DNA of 32,000 nucleotides from Bdellovibrionales bacterium (GCA_965247685.1 OZ252021.1:570001-602000); one strand, 5' to 3'. Positions 10,650 through 21,501 are shown, numbered from the stretch's first letter. Numbers and translations: made by a program. The notes: generated by a model from the letters alone, not told the origin.

Positions 10650-11834
10650 TTAAGAATTGGAATAATCCCCTTGCACTCGAAGGGTTTTTAGATCACGAAG
10701 TTCAGAGGTTTCTCGAACTTCATCTCCTTCATCTCCTTCAACTTTATAAAAAGAAGAATTACTTGCTTTTACACCCTGACAGTGAAGCTTAATATTAGAG
10801 GGAGAAACTGCATATTGAAGACCAACTTCTAAAGGGATAACTTCTTCTTGAATCAACTTCATAAGATGTTGATCAAAGCTTTGCATTCCCCAGTGTTTCT
10901 GAGATTTTTCCATCATATCTTGAATTTCATGAAAAGGTTTTTCTTTTAGAAGAGCCTCCTTCATTGAAAGATTGTTTAGGAAAATTTCAATTAAAGGAAT
11001 CATTCCATCTTCTATAGGAATAAGTTTTTGTCCGACAATAGCACGCAAAGAGTGGATTAATTGGTTTCTTAAAATTTTGTAATTAGGAGCTTCCTTAACA
11101 AAAGAAAGCATTCGACTAAAACTTTCTAAGCAAGAGCTTGTGTGAAGAGTGCTGATAATAAGATGACCAGATTCTGCAGCCTGTAAAGCCGTCGACATTG
11201 TTTCATGATCTCTTAATTCTCCAAAAAAGATCACATCTGGATCTTGTCGTAAAGCTCCTCTAAAAGCTTGGTTTGGGTCGTTAAAATCCATAAGGTTTTC
11301 TCGTTGAGAAATACAGCTTTTTTGGTCATATAAGATGTATTCGATAGGGTCTTCGATTGTAATGATATGGTAGGAATAATTTTTATTAATATAATTAAGA
11401 AGTGCAGCAGCAGTTGTGGATTTTCCGGAACCAGTAGCTCCTGTAATTAATACCAACCCACTTTTATAATCTCCTAGTTCCTCTAAAGATGAGGGGATGT
11501 TTAATTCCTCAAGAGTTTTAATAGAGTCTGGGATTAATCGTGCGACAACACGTTTAGTTCCTTTTTGAGAAAAAACGCAAAACCGAAGTCTTCCTATATT
11601 TTTAAAGTATCTTCCAAAATCAATATTTTTGTTTTTTTTATAGAGATCAGAAAGTTCTGTGCCAAGGAGTGGGGTTATTAATCTTTGAATATCCTCTTCA
11701 CTCAACCGAGGAAGAGACTTATCTAAGAGATAAAGATTTTGATTTTTACGAATAATAGGTTTTGATCCGGACTTCAAATGTAAATCAGAAGCACCTTTTT
11801 TAATCATTAATTCTAAAATAGTTTCTATAGTCAT
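10650..11834 (-). CDS. Type IV pilus retraction ATPase, PilT/PilU family (PilU-like)
   Basis: Walker A GATGSGKST, Walker B/Asp box DPDVIFFGELRD, His box GHLIISTLHT. The track start at 11879 is a TTG. The ATG at 11834 has an AGGTG SD 9 nt upstream and gives the canonical N-terminus MTIETILELMIKKGASDLHL. The C-terminal GMQSFDQ...NIKL resembles PilU. Confidence 0.85.
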   Translation of the reverse strand: MTIETILELMIKKGASDLHLKSGSKPIIRKNQNLYLLDKSLPRLSEEDIQRLITPLLGTELSDLYKKNKNIDFGRYFKNIGRLRFCVFSQKGTKRVVARLIPDSIKTLEELNIPSSLEELGDYKSGLVLITGATGSGKSTTAAALLNYINKNYSYHIITIEDPIEYILYDQKSCISQRENLMDFNDPNQAFRGALRQDPDVIFFGELRDHETMSTALQAAESGHLIISTLHTSSCLESFSRMLSFVKEAPNYKILRNQLIHSLRAIVGQKLIPIEDGMIPLIEIFLNNLSMKEALLKEKPFHEIQDMMEKSQKHWGMQSFDQHLMKLIQEEVIPLEVGLQYAVSPSNIKLHCQGVKASNSSFYKVEGDEGDEVRETSELRDLKTLRVQGDYSNS

Positions 11835-11897
11835 TTTCAAAACACCTATTTTAGTTGCTTTTCGGATATTTTTGTTCAATTCTTAAGTCCGTAAATC

Positions 11898-12431
11898 ATG
11901 TTCAAAGAGTATAATGCAAACCTTTTATTAGCTAAACGCTATGTTGCTGAAATTTCTCAGTTTTTAAGAATAAACAAAGAAACGCTCTGTATAGCTGAAA
12001 GCTGCACAGGAGGGCTGATTTCTCATTTGTTTACAAATAGTGCTGGATCGTCTCATGTTTTCTTAGGGTCTGTTATTTCCTACACCCGGTCTGTTAAAGT
12101 AGATTTATTAAAAATACCCTCTGAACTTTTAGAGGAAAAAGGAGATGTAACTCCAAAAGTGGCTGAGCTTATGGCGAGAGGCGTTAAGTCTTTACTAAAA
12201 GCCGATTGGTCATTATCAATTACAGGGTTAATGGTGCCTACAGATGATAAGGTGGAAATAGGGCGAATTTATACTGCTGTGATGAGCCCTTATTCAGAGG
12301 TAGAGGTCTTTTCTATAAAGGTTGCAGGCTCTTCAAGAAGTGAGATGAAAGATCAGTCATCCATTTTTTGTTTAGAAAATCTAAGGAACAAAATAAAAAA
12401 ACAAAACAAAACTAAAGAGGAGGTTTTATGA
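11898..12431 (+). CDS. pncC: CinA C-terminal-domain protein / nicotinamide-nucleotide amidohydrolase PncC
   Basis: 177 aa. Diagnostic [12 protein letters not shown]...[13 protein letters not shown] block. It overlaps recA by 4 nt (ATGA), the classic cinA/pncC-recA arrangement. Confidence 0.85.
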   Translation: MFKEYNANLLLAKRYVAEISQFLRINKETLCIAESCTGGLISHLFTNSAGSSHVFLGSVISYTRSVKVDLLKIPSELLEEKGDVTPKVAELMARGVKSLLKADWSLSITGLMVPTDDKVEIGRIYTAVMSPYSEVEVFSIKVAGSSRSEMKDQSSIFCLENLRNKIKKQNKTKEEVL

Positions 12432-13483
12432 GTGAGAAACAAAAAGCCCTAAATTTGGCTATTACATCTATTGAAAAACAATTTGGAAAAGGTTCCATTA
12501 TGAAGTTTGGAAATAATGAGTCTTTGTATAGGAATGTTCCTGTGTATAAAACAGGTTCTTTAGGTCTAGATATTGCTTTAGGCATTGGAGGGCTTCCTCG
12601 AGGTCGAGTTGTAGAAGTCTATGGTCCTGAAAGTTCAGGGAAAACAACTCTTGCTCTTTCTACGCTGGCTCAAGCGCAAAAGCAGGGTGCAGTGGTGGCG
12701 TTTATTGATGCAGAACATGCCCTAGATGTTCACTATGCAGGAAAGTTAGGTGTGAATATTGCTGATCTTTTAATTTCTCAACCTGATACTGGAGAACAGG
12801 CCTTAGAAATTACAGAGACTTTAGTGCGATCTGGTGGAGTAGATATGATTGTAGTGGACTCTGTAGCTGCTCTGACTCCTCGAGCAGAAATTGAGGGAGA
12901 TATGGGAGATTCTCATATGGGTCTTCATGCGCGATTAATGTCTCAGGCTCTAAGAAAGCTGACAGCTTGTATTAGTAGAAGCAACACTCTGGTATGTTTT
13001 ATCAACCAAATTCGTATGAAAATTGGTGTAGTGTTTGGGAATCCTGAAACAACAACAGGTGGAAATGCATTAAAATTTTATTCTTCTGTTCGTTTGGAAG
13101 TAAGAAGGATGGGTGCAATCAAAAAAGAAGATACTATTGTTGGGAATCGAACAAGTGTGAAGGTAGTAAAAAATAAAATGGCACCTCCTTTTGCTAAGAC
13201 AGAATTTGATCTCATGTACGGAGAAGGGATCTCTCAAGAAGCTGAAATTATAGATCTAGCTCTTAAAAAAGATATTATTAAAAAATCAGGGTCTTGGTAT
13301 TCTTTTGGAGATGAAAAAATTGGTCAAGGTAGAGAAGCTGTTCGTGATTATCTTAAAACAAATCCTACAGTGATGAAAAAAATATTAGCTCACATTACAA
13401 AAGTTTATAATTTAAAAAGTCAAGGAGCTCCCGTGGCAGCGACTGGGAAAAAACCAGCTCCTCGTAAACCTTCTTCTCACTAA
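12428..13483 (+). CDS. recA: Recombinase RecA
   Basis: 351 aa. Walker [10 protein letters not shown] and near-invariant RecA blocks ([43 protein letters not shown]). AGGAGG SD. Confidence 0.98.
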   Translation: MSEKQKALNLAITSIEKQFGKGSIMKFGNNESLYRNVPVYKTGSLGLDIALGIGGLPRGRVVEVYGPESSGKTTLALSTLAQAQKQGAVVAFIDAEHALDVHYAGKLGVNIADLLISQPDTGEQALEITETLVRSGGVDMIVVDSVAALTPRAEIEGDMGDSHMGLHARLMSQALRKLTACISRSNTLVCFINQIRMKIGVVFGNPETTTGGNALKFYSSVRLEVRRMGAIKKEDTIVGNRTSVKVVKNKMAPPFAKTEFDLMYGEGISQEAEIIDLALKKDIIKKSGSWYSFGDEKIGQGREAVRDYLKTNPTVMKKILAHITKVYNLKSQGAPVAATGKKPAPRKPSSH

Positions 13484-13525
13484 AACCGAGAAGAATATTT
13501 GCTTTAGAGCGTATGTTCCTTGAAT

Positions 13526-13963
13526 ATGGATCATAGTTTTTATATGTCACTGGCTTATGAGGAAGCTTTAAAAGCCAAAGATGTACAAGAAGTCCCTGTA
13601 GGTTCTTTGATTGTTAAAGATGACCAAATTATTAGTCGAGCTTATAACCAAAAAGAACAAAAACAGATGATTTCTGCTCATGCAGAGCTCTTAGCTATTA
13701 GTTTTGCCAATTTAAAACTTAAGAGCTGGAGATTAGAAGATTGTCGAATTTATACAACACTAGAGCCTTGTGAAATGTGTGCAGGAGCTATTTTAGGCTC
13801 TCGTATAGGCCATCTGATTTATGGGTGTTCAGATATTCATCGCGACCGGCCCTTGTCTTATAAGGCTGCTCATAAAATAGAAGTTACTTCGGGGGTTATG
13901 GAAGAAGAGTGTGCGACATTAATAAAAGATTTTTTTAAAGACTTACGCTCAAAAAAAGAGTAG
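13526..13963 (+). CDS. tadA: tRNA-specific adenosine deaminase TadA
   Basis: CDA zinc motifs HAELLAI and PCEMCAGA. Size of about 145 aa is typical. The track start is a TTG at 13520; the ATG at 13526 is chosen, and the start is not certain. Confidence 0.88.
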   Translation: MDHSFYMSLAYEEALKAKDVQEVPVGSLIVKDDQIISRAYNQKEQKQMISAHAELLAISFANLKLKSWRLEDCRIYTTLEPCEMCAGAILGSRIGHLIYGCSDIHRDRPLSYKAAHKIEVTSGVMEEECATLIKDFFKDLRSKKE

Positions 13964-14041
13964 TTTCATCCAAAAAGCTTTAAAAACTTGAACTTATTTG
14001 ACGCATCTGATATGGACTGCATAAATAGGAGTGAGCTAGAT

Positions 14042-14233
14042 ATGCCGAAAATTAGAATTCGAGAAGGTGAAAGTTTTGATATTGTTTTAAAACGTTTTAA
14101 AAAAGCGTGCGAACGATTTGGTATTTTATCTGAGCTTAAGAAAAGAGAATATTACGAGAAACCTTCTGTTTCTAAAAAGAAAAAATCTATTTCTGCTAAA
14201 AAACGACTGTTGAAAAAAGGTAGTCGAAGATAA
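14042..14233 (+). CDS. rpsU: 30S ribosomal protein S21
   Basis: 63 aa from ATG 14042 ([42 protein letters not shown]...), the canonical S21 sequence. AGGAG SD at 14027-14031. The longer track ORF from TTG 13988 adds a non-homologous N-terminus. Confidence 0.9.
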   Translation: MPKIRIREGESFDIVLKRFKKACERFGILSELKKREYYEKPSVSKKKKSISAKKRLLKKGSRR

Positions 14234-14246
14234 AAGAAGGGCAGCT

Positions 14247-14708
14247 ATGAGTATTGCAGCACAAATACAAATCTCTTTTAAAGAAGCTTTAAAAAATAAA
14301 GATCAATTAAAGCTGGAAGCTGTAAGACTGCTTATTTCGGAGATTAAAAATCTAGAGATTCAAAAAAAAGGAAGTAAAACCCAAGCAGTTACAGATCTAG
14401 ATGTAGTTAAACTGATTCAAAAACAAATCAAGCAATATAAAGAAACTGTTCAACAGTATGTGGATTCTGATCGAGCAGCCGAAGCTGAAGAAGATTTAAA
14501 TAAAATGGAAGTTTTAAAATCTTTTCTTCCTCAACCTTTGAATGATGAGCAATTAAGTATCATTGTTTCTGAATCCATTTTTAACTTGAAAGCAAAAGGC
14601 TTAAAAGATCAAGGAATTGTGATTAGAGAGGTTCATGCTAAAACTATGGGCGCCGTAGAGGGTGTTAAAATCGTGGATATAGTTCGCCAGCAGCTTAGTC
14701 AATTATAA
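14247..14708 (+). CDS. yqeY: GatB/YqeY domain-containing protein
   Basis: 153 aa. YqeY-type N-terminus (IQISFKEALKNKDQLKLEAVRLLISEIKN) and a C-terminal GatB-like tail. It sits between rpsU and dnaG, as in many bacteria. Confidence 0.8.
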   Translation: MSIAAQIQISFKEALKNKDQLKLEAVRLLISEIKNLEIQKKGSKTQAVTDLDVVKLIQKQIKQYKETVQQYVDSDRAAEAEEDLNKMEVLKSFLPQPLNDEQLSIIVSESIFNLKAKGLKDQGIVIREVHAKTMGAVEGVKIVDIVRQQLSQL

Positions 14709-16495
14709 TGAAGTGGACTTCAGATATTTTAAATAAAATCAGAGATGCTCACGACATAGTTGAGTGGATTGGTCGTGATACTGTTTTAAAAGGTTCATCA
14801 CAAGGTCAATACACAGGTCTTTGCCCTTTTCCAGATCATAAAGAAAAAACTCCTAGTTTTTCTGTCTCGTCTGTCAAACAAGTTTATCATTGTTTTGGCT
14901 GTAAAAAAGGTGGAGATATTTTTACCTACTTCAGAGATCAAAAGTTGATGAGTTTTGTAGAGACTGTTCAATACTTAGCAAGACAAGCAGGGATTCATTT
15001 AGAAGAAAGTAAAGGTTCACAAAGCGGAAATCAAACAGAAGAGCTGTTTCAATTAAACTTGAAAGTTGCCCAGCTTTTCCATCAAAATCTTTTAAAACTT
15101 CTAAACACTCATGTGGCTCATCAGTATTTAAAGGATCGAGGTTATTCTAAAGATTTGATTAAAAATTTTCAGCTTGGATACGCTCCATTTGATCCTTGTT
15201 TATCTCGAACTTTGAATTCAGAAGAAAAAAAGATAGCACTGCAAGTGGGTTTATTGAGTCAAAAAGAAGGGCAACTTAGAGATCTTTTTCGTCATCGTTT
15301 AATGTTTCCGATTTTTTCTCCAATGAATAAAATATTAGGTTTTGGAGGACGAGCTTTTAAAGGGTTGCCAAAATATATTAATAGTCGAGATTCTGTGTGT
15401 TTTCAAAAGGGGCGTATTTTTTATGGATTAAAAGATTCTGCTAGTTTTATTCGGCAAAAAGGGTATGCATTAGTTGTGGAAGGCTATACGGATTATCTTA
15501 CTTTATATCAAAATGGATTTCAAAATGTTGTAGCTACTTTAGGTGTAGCTTTAACTCCTCATCACGCTCGATTATTAAAAAGATATACAGATAAAGTGGT
15601 GCTTTTTTTTGATGGAGATAAGGCGGGTCGTCAGGCAGCTTTTAGAAGTTTACCTATTCTTCTTTCTCAAGGGATTCGAGTTCATTATACGGAGCTTAAA
15701 GATATAGATCCAGATGAATGTGTTCGCCAAAAAGGAGTGTCTTTTTTAAAAGAAATTTTACAAAAAAATAAAGATTTATTCCTTCATATATTTTCAGAAC
15801 AGCTCAAGAATACTCAAGGTGTAGAAAAGCTAGATTTAGTGTGGAACTTGACTCCCATCTTAGGTTCTATGAAGGATCAAATTTTAAAAGAGTATTATAT
15901 GAAAAAAATACTAGATGTCTTTTTGCCCTCAGAACAATCTTCTGTTGAAATGATTTTTAAAAAGAAAAGTTATTCTAAATCTCAGCCCTTCACATCTTTA
16001 GAGCCCTTAAAACCTCTTCCAAAAGATTCTGAGAAACTTTTTTTACTTAAAAGTATTACTCCTGTAGAGGTTTATCTCTTAGCTCTTGCATTATCTCAAA
16101 AGAGTTATTTAGAATATATTATGTCTCGGTTGGATATAAACTGGCTTTCTAAAGAATGGTTAAGGCAGTTTTTTAAAACTGTTTTTGATGAATACTCTTT
16201 AAATCATTCAAATTTTGATAAACTTTTAGCTCAAATATCTGCTATAGTGGAGCCTGCGGGCTTGTTACATATTGAAAGTCACCCTGTTTTAATAGGATTA
16301 AATGAGCAGACAGGGCTTAGGTTTGTTCAGGATTGTTTATCCAGTTTATCTTTAGAATATGAAAAATCAAAATTAAAAACTCAAATTATGCAATTGAAAT
16401 TGAAAGAAGGGGATAAAGATATAAAAGTTCACTTAAAAGAAATTCAAAATATGAGAAAGCATATTTCACAAATGGAGAGAGATCATGAAAAATAA
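14708..16495 (+). CDS. dnaG: DNA primase DnaG
   Basis: 595 aa. CHC2 zinc finger ([15 protein letters not shown]...[11 protein letters not shown]) and TOPRIM domain (VVEGYTDYL ... [12 protein letters not shown]). The start overlaps the yqeY stop (TAATG). Confidence 0.95.
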   Translation: MKWTSDILNKIRDAHDIVEWIGRDTVLKGSSQGQYTGLCPFPDHKEKTPSFSVSSVKQVYHCFGCKKGGDIFTYFRDQKLMSFVETVQYLARQAGIHLEESKGSQSGNQTEELFQLNLKVAQLFHQNLLKLLNTHVAHQYLKDRGYSKDLIKNFQLGYAPFDPCLSRTLNSEEKKIALQVGLLSQKEGQLRDLFRHRLMFPIFSPMNKILGFGGRAFKGLPKYINSRDSVCFQKGRIFYGLKDSASFIRQKGYALVVEGYTDYLTLYQNGFQNVVATLGVALTPHHARLLKRYTDKVVLFFDGDKAGRQAAFRSLPILLSQGIRVHYTELKDIDPDECVRQKGVSFLKEILQKNKDLFLHIFSEQLKNTQGVEKLDLVWNLTPILGSMKDQILKEYYMKKILDVFLPSEQSSVEMIFKKKSYSKSQPFTSLEPLKPLPKDSEKLFLLKSITPVEVYLLALALSQKSYLEYIMSRLDINWLSKEWLRQFFKTVFDEYSLNHSNFDKLLAQISAIVEPAGLLHIESHPVLIGLNEQTGLRFVQDCLSSLSLEYEKSKLKTQIMQLKLKEGDKDIKVHLKEIQNMRKHISQMERDHEK

Positions 16496-18284
16496 ATCAC
16501 AAACTGAAGGTTTAAAAACCCTACCTTTAAAAAAACAAATAGCTCTTATTCAACAAGAAATCCCTCGTGTTATTTCTATGGTGAAATCTCACAGTAAAGG
16601 AAATCTCACTTTTGAAGAAGTGAACGAAGTTTTACCGATTGAAATTGTTCATACAGATGCTATTGATCATTTCATGGAAGTTATGAAACAGAATCAAATC
16701 CAATTTTTAAATCCTGAAGCCTATAAGAAGACTCATTCTGATCAGGATTTTTATTTGTCGGAAGACGAAGAAAAGATTGAAGAAAAAGCAGTAATTAAAG
16801 ATTCTGTTGGAAGCGATCCTGTTCGTCTTTATTTGAGAAAGATGGGGCATGTTTCCCTTCTCGATCGTGAGGGTGAGGTAACTATTGCCTGTTCTATCGA
16901 AAAGGGAGAAAGAGAAATTATAAGAACGATGCTCATGTGTCCTATCGGAACTCATGAAATTATTGCTCTGGGTGAAAATATGAAAAAGGGCCGTATTAAG
17001 GTGAAATCTATTTTCAGAGGTTTAGAAGATGAAGAACATCACTACAATGAACAAGAGTATGTTGAAAAAATTAACGAATTAATTAACCATGTAAAGGCTT
17101 ATCAAAAGCAGGCCAAAGAACATTTTATTCAGATTCGAGATAGCGGGGTAAATAAAAGCGCAGGGGCAGTAAAAGAGCTTGATAAATTGGTGGATGTTTT
17201 AATGGAGAAGTTTGAGGCTGTGAATTTTAACCGAAAAATTATTAATCGCATCTCTATTAAACTCAGAAACCTCCTTACTCGAATGGATGAATTAAAGAAA
17301 AAGCAAAATGAATCTTTACAGAAAACTTTTTCTGAAACCTTTGAGGATTTAAAATTAAAGTATGAACTAATGCTTAATGATAAAGAAAGAAGTGAACAAA
17401 TTGAAAGAGAAACCGGTCTAACCTTCAAAGCCTTGCGAGTTTTTTACTTAACTAACTATGATTCTCATAAAAGACTTCAAAGAGTTTGCAAAGAAACTTG
17501 GATGAATTTTCATTGGGTTCGTCATGTTTGTACAGGTATTTGGAAGGGTGAAAAAATTGCAGATAAAGCTAAGTCTGAATTAGTACAGGCTAATCTGAGA
17601 TTAGTGGTTTCTATTGCTAAAAAGTATACTAATAGGGGGCTTCAGTTTTTGGATCTGATCCAAGAAGGAAATATGGGACTTATGAAAGCTGTAGATAAGT
17701 TTGAGTATAGAAGGGGGTATAAGTTTTCAACTTATGCCACTTGGTGGATTCGACAAGCTATTACTCGCGCTATTGCGGATCAAGCACGCACCATTCGTAT
17801 TCCGGTGCATATGATTGAAACTATTAATAAATTGGTTCGTACCACACGATATTTAATTCAGGAATTGGGTCGAGATCCAACTCCAGAAGAGATTGCAAAA
17901 AAGATGGATATTCCTGTGAATAAAGTACGTAAGGTTCAAAAAATTGCTAAAGAACCTATTGGGTTAGAAACTCCAGTGGGTGAAGAAGAAGATTCTAAGT
18001 TAGGGGATTTTATTGAAGATAAAAATGTGATCAATCCTTCTAAGGCTATGGTGAATTTAAACTTAGTGGAGCAAACTCGAAAAATTTTAGCCACCTTAAC
18101 ACCTCGAGAAGAAAGAGTCTTAAGAATGAGGTTTGGTATTGGGGAAGAAAGTGATCATACTCTCGAAGAAGTAGGACAAGATTTTAATGTCACGCGAGAA
18201 CGTATTCGTCAAATTGAGGCTAAAGCTCTTCGTAAACTCAGGCATCCTAGTCGTTCTTCAAAGTTAAAAACATTTGTAGACTAA
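16485..18284 (+). CDS. rpoD: RNA polymerase primary sigma factor RpoD
   Basis: 599 aa. Regions 1.2 ([11 protein letters not shown]), 2 ([39 protein letters not shown]), 3, and 4.2 ([27 protein letters not shown]). It overlaps dnaG by 11 nt. Confidence 0.97.
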   Translation: MKNKSQTEGLKTLPLKKQIALIQQEIPRVISMVKSHSKGNLTFEEVNEVLPIEIVHTDAIDHFMEVMKQNQIQFLNPEAYKKTHSDQDFYLSEDEEKIEEKAVIKDSVGSDPVRLYLRKMGHVSLLDREGEVTIACSIEKGEREIIRTMLMCPIGTHEIIALGENMKKGRIKVKSIFRGLEDEEHHYNEQEYVEKINELINHVKAYQKQAKEHFIQIRDSGVNKSAGAVKELDKLVDVLMEKFEAVNFNRKIINRISIKLRNLLTRMDELKKKQNESLQKTFSETFEDLKLKYELMLNDKERSEQIERETGLTFKALRVFYLTNYDSHKRLQRVCKETWMNFHWVRHVCTGIWKGEKIADKAKSELVQANLRLVVSIAKKYTNRGLQFLDLIQEGNMGLMKAVDKFEYRRGYKFSTYATWWIRQAITRAIADQARTIRIPVHMIETINKLVRTTRYLIQELGRDPTPEEIAKKMDIPVNKVRKVQKIAKEPIGLETPVGEEEDSKLGDFIEDKNVINPSKAMVNLNLVEQTRKILATLTPREERVLRMRFGIGEESDHTLEEVGQDFNVTRERIRQIEAKALRKLRHPSRSSKLKTFVD

Positions 18285-18318
18285 AGGGTGATGTGTAGGT
18301 TTAACCTGTTTTGCCTGT

Positions 18319-18392
18319 GGGGGCTTAGCTTAGTTGGTTAAAGCATCCGGCTCATAACCGGAGGATCGAAGGTTCAAGTCCTTCAGCCCCTA
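18319..18392 (+). tRNA. tRNA with CAU anticodon (elongator tRNA-Met or lysidine-type tRNA-Ile2); CCA not encoded
   Basis: Hand-folded cloverleaf of 74 nt. Acceptor GGGGGCT/AGCCCCT (G1-U72 wobble); D stem GCTT/AAGC; anticodon stem TCCGG/CCGGA with loop CTCATAA (anticodon at 18353-18355); 5-nt variable loop; T arm GAAGG-TTCAAGT-CCTTC; discriminator A. It is not initiator-like: no C1xA72 mismatch and no GGG/CCC in the anticodon stem. Confidence 0.9.
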
Positions 18393-18489
18393 CATTTTTT
18401 CTTTTAGTTTAGTGAGAGTATCCATTCTACAATACTCAACTAATAGGAAAAAAATAATCATTACATCAAGATTTTTTAATAATTTGTTC

Positions 18490-18518
18490 TTGATAAAAAA
18501 TAGGTATATCTTTACTAT
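18490..18518 (+). promoter_or_regulatory. Candidate sigma70-type promoter for the small OMP gene: TTGATA-N17-TACTAT
   Basis: TTGATA at 18490-18495, a 17-nt spacer, and TACTAT at 18513-18518, about 35 nt upstream of the ATG at 18553. Sequence match only. Confidence 0.35.
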
Positions 18519-18552
18519 TTAATGATAATATTCTAAAAAGGAGGAGTTTTTG

Positions 18553-19080
18553 ATGAGAAATTTAATGAAAAGTTTAATATTAAGTTTTTTGCTTTCGACT
18601 GGATTTTTTGCACAAGCAATGATGAATGATAGTTTTGTGTCACTGAGTGGGGGTGTAGATTTTAATAATAGTATTCTAATCCAAGCCAGCTTTGGTGATA
18701 GTATTATATCTGCTATGGAAAATTACTACGGTTTCTATGAAATCGGAGCTCGTGCTGAGGGCATTCTTAAAGATACGGACTATCTTTTATCTGCTAAGTA
18801 TGGTTATGAGTTTATGAGACAAAATCGCTGGTCTTTTGGTTTGGATATGGGGTTTATTTTTGGTGTTGCGAATAACTGGAACTTAAATAGTTTAGGTTAT
18901 GGTGTAGAGGCAGCTATCTTTTCACAATTTAAGGTGACTGATAACTTAGGTGTTTTTGTTCGTTTAAACTTTTTTAGATTCAGTGAAAGTGACGGAAATT
19001 CTACTTTGATCGCTTGGCCTGATCAACAACTCCTTTCTCATGGTCCATTTGCAGAAGTTGGGTTGCGTTGGTACTTATAA
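18553..19080 (+). CDS. Predicted small outer-membrane beta-barrel protein (OmpX/OmpW-size porin-family fold)
   Basis: About 175 aa. Sec signal peptide (MRNLMKSLILSFLLSTGFFAQA), alternating aromatic/glycine beta-strand pattern, and a C-terminal beta-signal-like end (EVGLRWYL). Strong AAGGAGGAG SD. No specific family is recognised. Confidence 0.6.
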   Translation: MRNLMKSLILSFLLSTGFFAQAMMNDSFVSLSGGVDFNNSILIQASFGDSIISAMENYYGFYEIGARAEGILKDTDYLLSAKYGYEFMRQNRWSFGLDMGFIFGVANNWNLNSLGYGVEAAIFSQFKVTDNLGVFVRLNFFRFSESDGNSTLIAWPDQQLLSHGPFAEVGLRWYL

Positions 19081-19107
19081 AATTTTTAGTTTAAAATCAG
19101 GGATTTT

Positions 19108-21501
19108 TTAAGCAACTGATAGATTTGGATCGATAGTTTGCTCTTTGTAATGTGGAGATAAGGCCTGTTCAAAGACTTCATCTAAGGATTCTACAAATAT
19201 AAAATTAATGTTTTCTCTAAGTTCTTTTAAAGTAGCATCTTCTTGATCTTCGCTGTCATCATCTTCTAAATCATACTGATTCTTCTTAGGTAAAATAACA
19301 TGTTTCACACCATGATTAAGGGCTGCTAAAACTTTTTCTTTAACTCCTCCTACTGGAAGAACTTGTCCTTGAAGACCAATTTCTCCTGTCATTGCAATAT
19401 CTTTTCGTACGGGGCACCCTGTGATCAAAGAAACAAGTGCAGTCGCAAGGGTGACACCTGCAGAAGGACCATCTTTAGGTGCAGCTCCTGCGGGTAGATG
19501 AATATGAACCTCGTTAGATCTAAACCAAGAATCAGAAATTCCTAAACGAGACGAATAAGACTGAACATAAGATCGAGCGAGCTCTGCAGATTCTTTCATC
19601 ACTTCTCCAAGTCGTCCTGTTAAAGTAAGTCCACCTTTTTTAGAAGGAATTTTAATAGCTTCTACATATAAAACCTCTCCCCCCGCTTGAGTCCATGCTA
19701 AGCCCGTAGCAATACCCACCTTATCTTCTTTGAGCTTATCTTCTTTCAAGAATATAGGGTGTCCTAATAAAGACTTCACAGATTGAGGAGTGACAACAGT
19801 GGTGTCTTGTTTACCCATAACAATCTTTTTAGCTGTTTTTCTACATACGGAACCAATTTGCCTTTTAAGATTTCTTAACCCAGCTTCTTTGGTGTAGTGG
19901 CCAATGATGTATTCAAGGCCGGATGGAGTGAAGGATAAAAACTTTTCATTCACACCATTAACTGTCATCTCTTTTTTAACAATGTATTTTTTAGCAATTT
20001 GAAGTTTTTCATGTGGAGTGTAACCCGGAATGTGAATGATTTCCATACGGTCTCTTAGAGCCGCAGGAATGTCTTCAAATACATTGGCTGTAGCAATGAA
20101 GAATATCTGGCTTAGATCGAAACTAGCATTCAGGTAATGATCTTTAAAGGAATTATTTTGCTCTGGATCTAAAACTTCAAGCATAGCCGATGATGGATCT
20201 CCTCTAAAATCGGATCCCAATTTATCTAATTCATCTAAAACAAGAATAGGATTTTTAGATTTTACTTGTTTTAAGGCTTGAATAATTTTACCAGGCATAG
20301 CCCCGACATAAGTTCTTCTATGTCCTCGAATTTCAGCCTCATCTTTAATCCCACCCAAGGCCACTCGGGTATATTTTCTTCCAATAGATCGAGCAATACT
20401 TTGACCTAAAGAGGTTTTTCCAACTCCTGGAGGTCCTATAAAACACAAAATAGGGGCTTTAAATGAATCTGAGGGTTGAAGCTTTCTTACAGCAAGAAAC
20501 TCTAAAATGCGTTCTTTAACTTTATTCAGGCCAAAGTGGTCGTCATCTAAAATTTTTCTGGCATGCTTCAGATCAAGATTATCTGTTGTTGTTTGATTCC
20601 AAGGCAAATAGCACATCCAATCCAGATAGTTGCGAATAATGGAAGCTTCAGAGGCTTCAGGATGCATTTTTTCTAAACGATGTAAATGCTTTTGCACCTC
20701 TTGCTTTGTCTCTTTAGGCATTCCAGCTTTTTCAATTTTTTCTGTGAAATCTCGAATCTCTTCTGATTTTGCATCACGGTGTTCTATCCTTTGAGAACCC
20801 ATAGGATATTGATCTTGTTGACCTCTGTTTCCTAGTTGAGTGTGAACCATATTTTTAATTCGATTTTGCATTTGAGATATTTCAATTTCCTTATTTAAAA
20901 AGGTAAGAAGTACGGCTATCCTCTCTATAGGATCAAAAGTTTCTAGTATCTTTTGCATATCTAAGACTTTTAGATTGAGATTTCCTGTAATGAGATCTGA
21001 GAGCCGACCTGGATCTTTTACTTGGTTGAGGATGTTGACTAGATCAGGAGAGAACACTTGCTGTTCAAACTCAGAAAGTTTTCTTATAGCTTCTTGAGCT
21101 TGTCGAATAAGGTTATTTACAGGATCATCTATAACAGGAGTTTGCTCTTCAATTTTTTTTATTTTAACAAATTGACAAGCTCCTTCTAGTTGAGATTGTT
21201 CAATCACAGCGCGGCAAAGCCCTTGCACAAGGATCTTCATTTTTCCATTTTTCAGTTTTCTCATTCTCATGACAATAGAGGCGACACCTACTTTATGAAT
21301 AGAGTTTTCAGTTATAATAGAAGTGTCTGCATCTTTTTGTAGTGTAAGAAAAATCATACGATTAGTCTTTAATGCTTCTTCTATAGCTTTTTTGGAGCTG
21401 TTTCTTCCTATGTAAAGAGAAAGGAGCATATAAGGAAAAGGGGCTGTTTCTTTGATGGGTAATAAAGGCAGAGTTGGAGGAATTTCTATTTTATTGTACA
21501 T
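19108..21501 (-). CDS. lon: ATP-dependent Lon protease (LonA)
   Basis: 797 aa. Lon N-domain, Walker [10 protein letters not shown], Walker [10 protein letters not shown], catalytic Ser in PKDGPSAG and Lys in [10 protein letters not shown]. Confidence 0.97.
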   Translation of the reverse strand: MYNKIEIPPTLPLLPIKETAPFPYMLLSLYIGRNSSKKAIEEALKTNRMIFLTLQKDADTSIITENSIHKVGVASIVMRMRKLKNGKMKILVQGLCRAVIEQSQLEGACQFVKIKKIEEQTPVIDDPVNNLIRQAQEAIRKLSEFEQQVFSPDLVNILNQVKDPGRLSDLITGNLNLKVLDMQKILETFDPIERIAVLLTFLNKEIEISQMQNRIKNMVHTQLGNRGQQDQYPMGSQRIEHRDAKSEEIRDFTEKIEKAGMPKETKQEVQKHLHRLEKMHPEASEASIIRNYLDWMCYLPWNQTTTDNLDLKHARKILDDDHFGLNKVKERILEFLAVRKLQPSDSFKAPILCFIGPPGVGKTSLGQSIARSIGRKYTRVALGGIKDEAEIRGHRRTYVGAMPGKIIQALKQVKSKNPILVLDELDKLGSDFRGDPSSAMLEVLDPEQNNSFKDHYLNASFDLSQIFFIATANVFEDIPAALRDRMEIIHIPGYTPHEKLQIAKKYIVKKEMTVNGVNEKFLSFTPSGLEYIIGHYTKEAGLRNLKRQIGSVCRKTAKKIVMGKQDTTVVTPQSVKSLLGHPIFLKEDKLKEDKVGIATGLAWTQAGGEVLYVEAIKIPSKKGGLTLTGRLGEVMKESAELARSYVQSYSSRLGISDSWFRSNEVHIHLPAGAAPKDGPSAGVTLATALVSLITGCPVRKDIAMTGEIGLQGQVLPVGGVKEKVLAALNHGVKHVILPKKNQYDLEDDDSEDQEDATLKELRENINFIFVESLDEVFEQALSPHYKEQTIDPNLSVA

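Noticed and set aside
13988-14041. N-terminal 18 codons of the track ORF for rpsU (TTG start at 13988)
   Set aside because: The canonical S21 N-terminus MPKI begins at ATG 14042 with an AGGAG SD 10 nt upstream. The extension has no homology and most likely covers the promoter/leader region.
16707-17428. Two minus-strand ORFs (16707-16955 and 17129-17428) antisense to rpoD
   Set aside because: They are embedded in the rpoD non-conserved and region-1 coding sequence, have low-complexity translations, and have no independent start signals.
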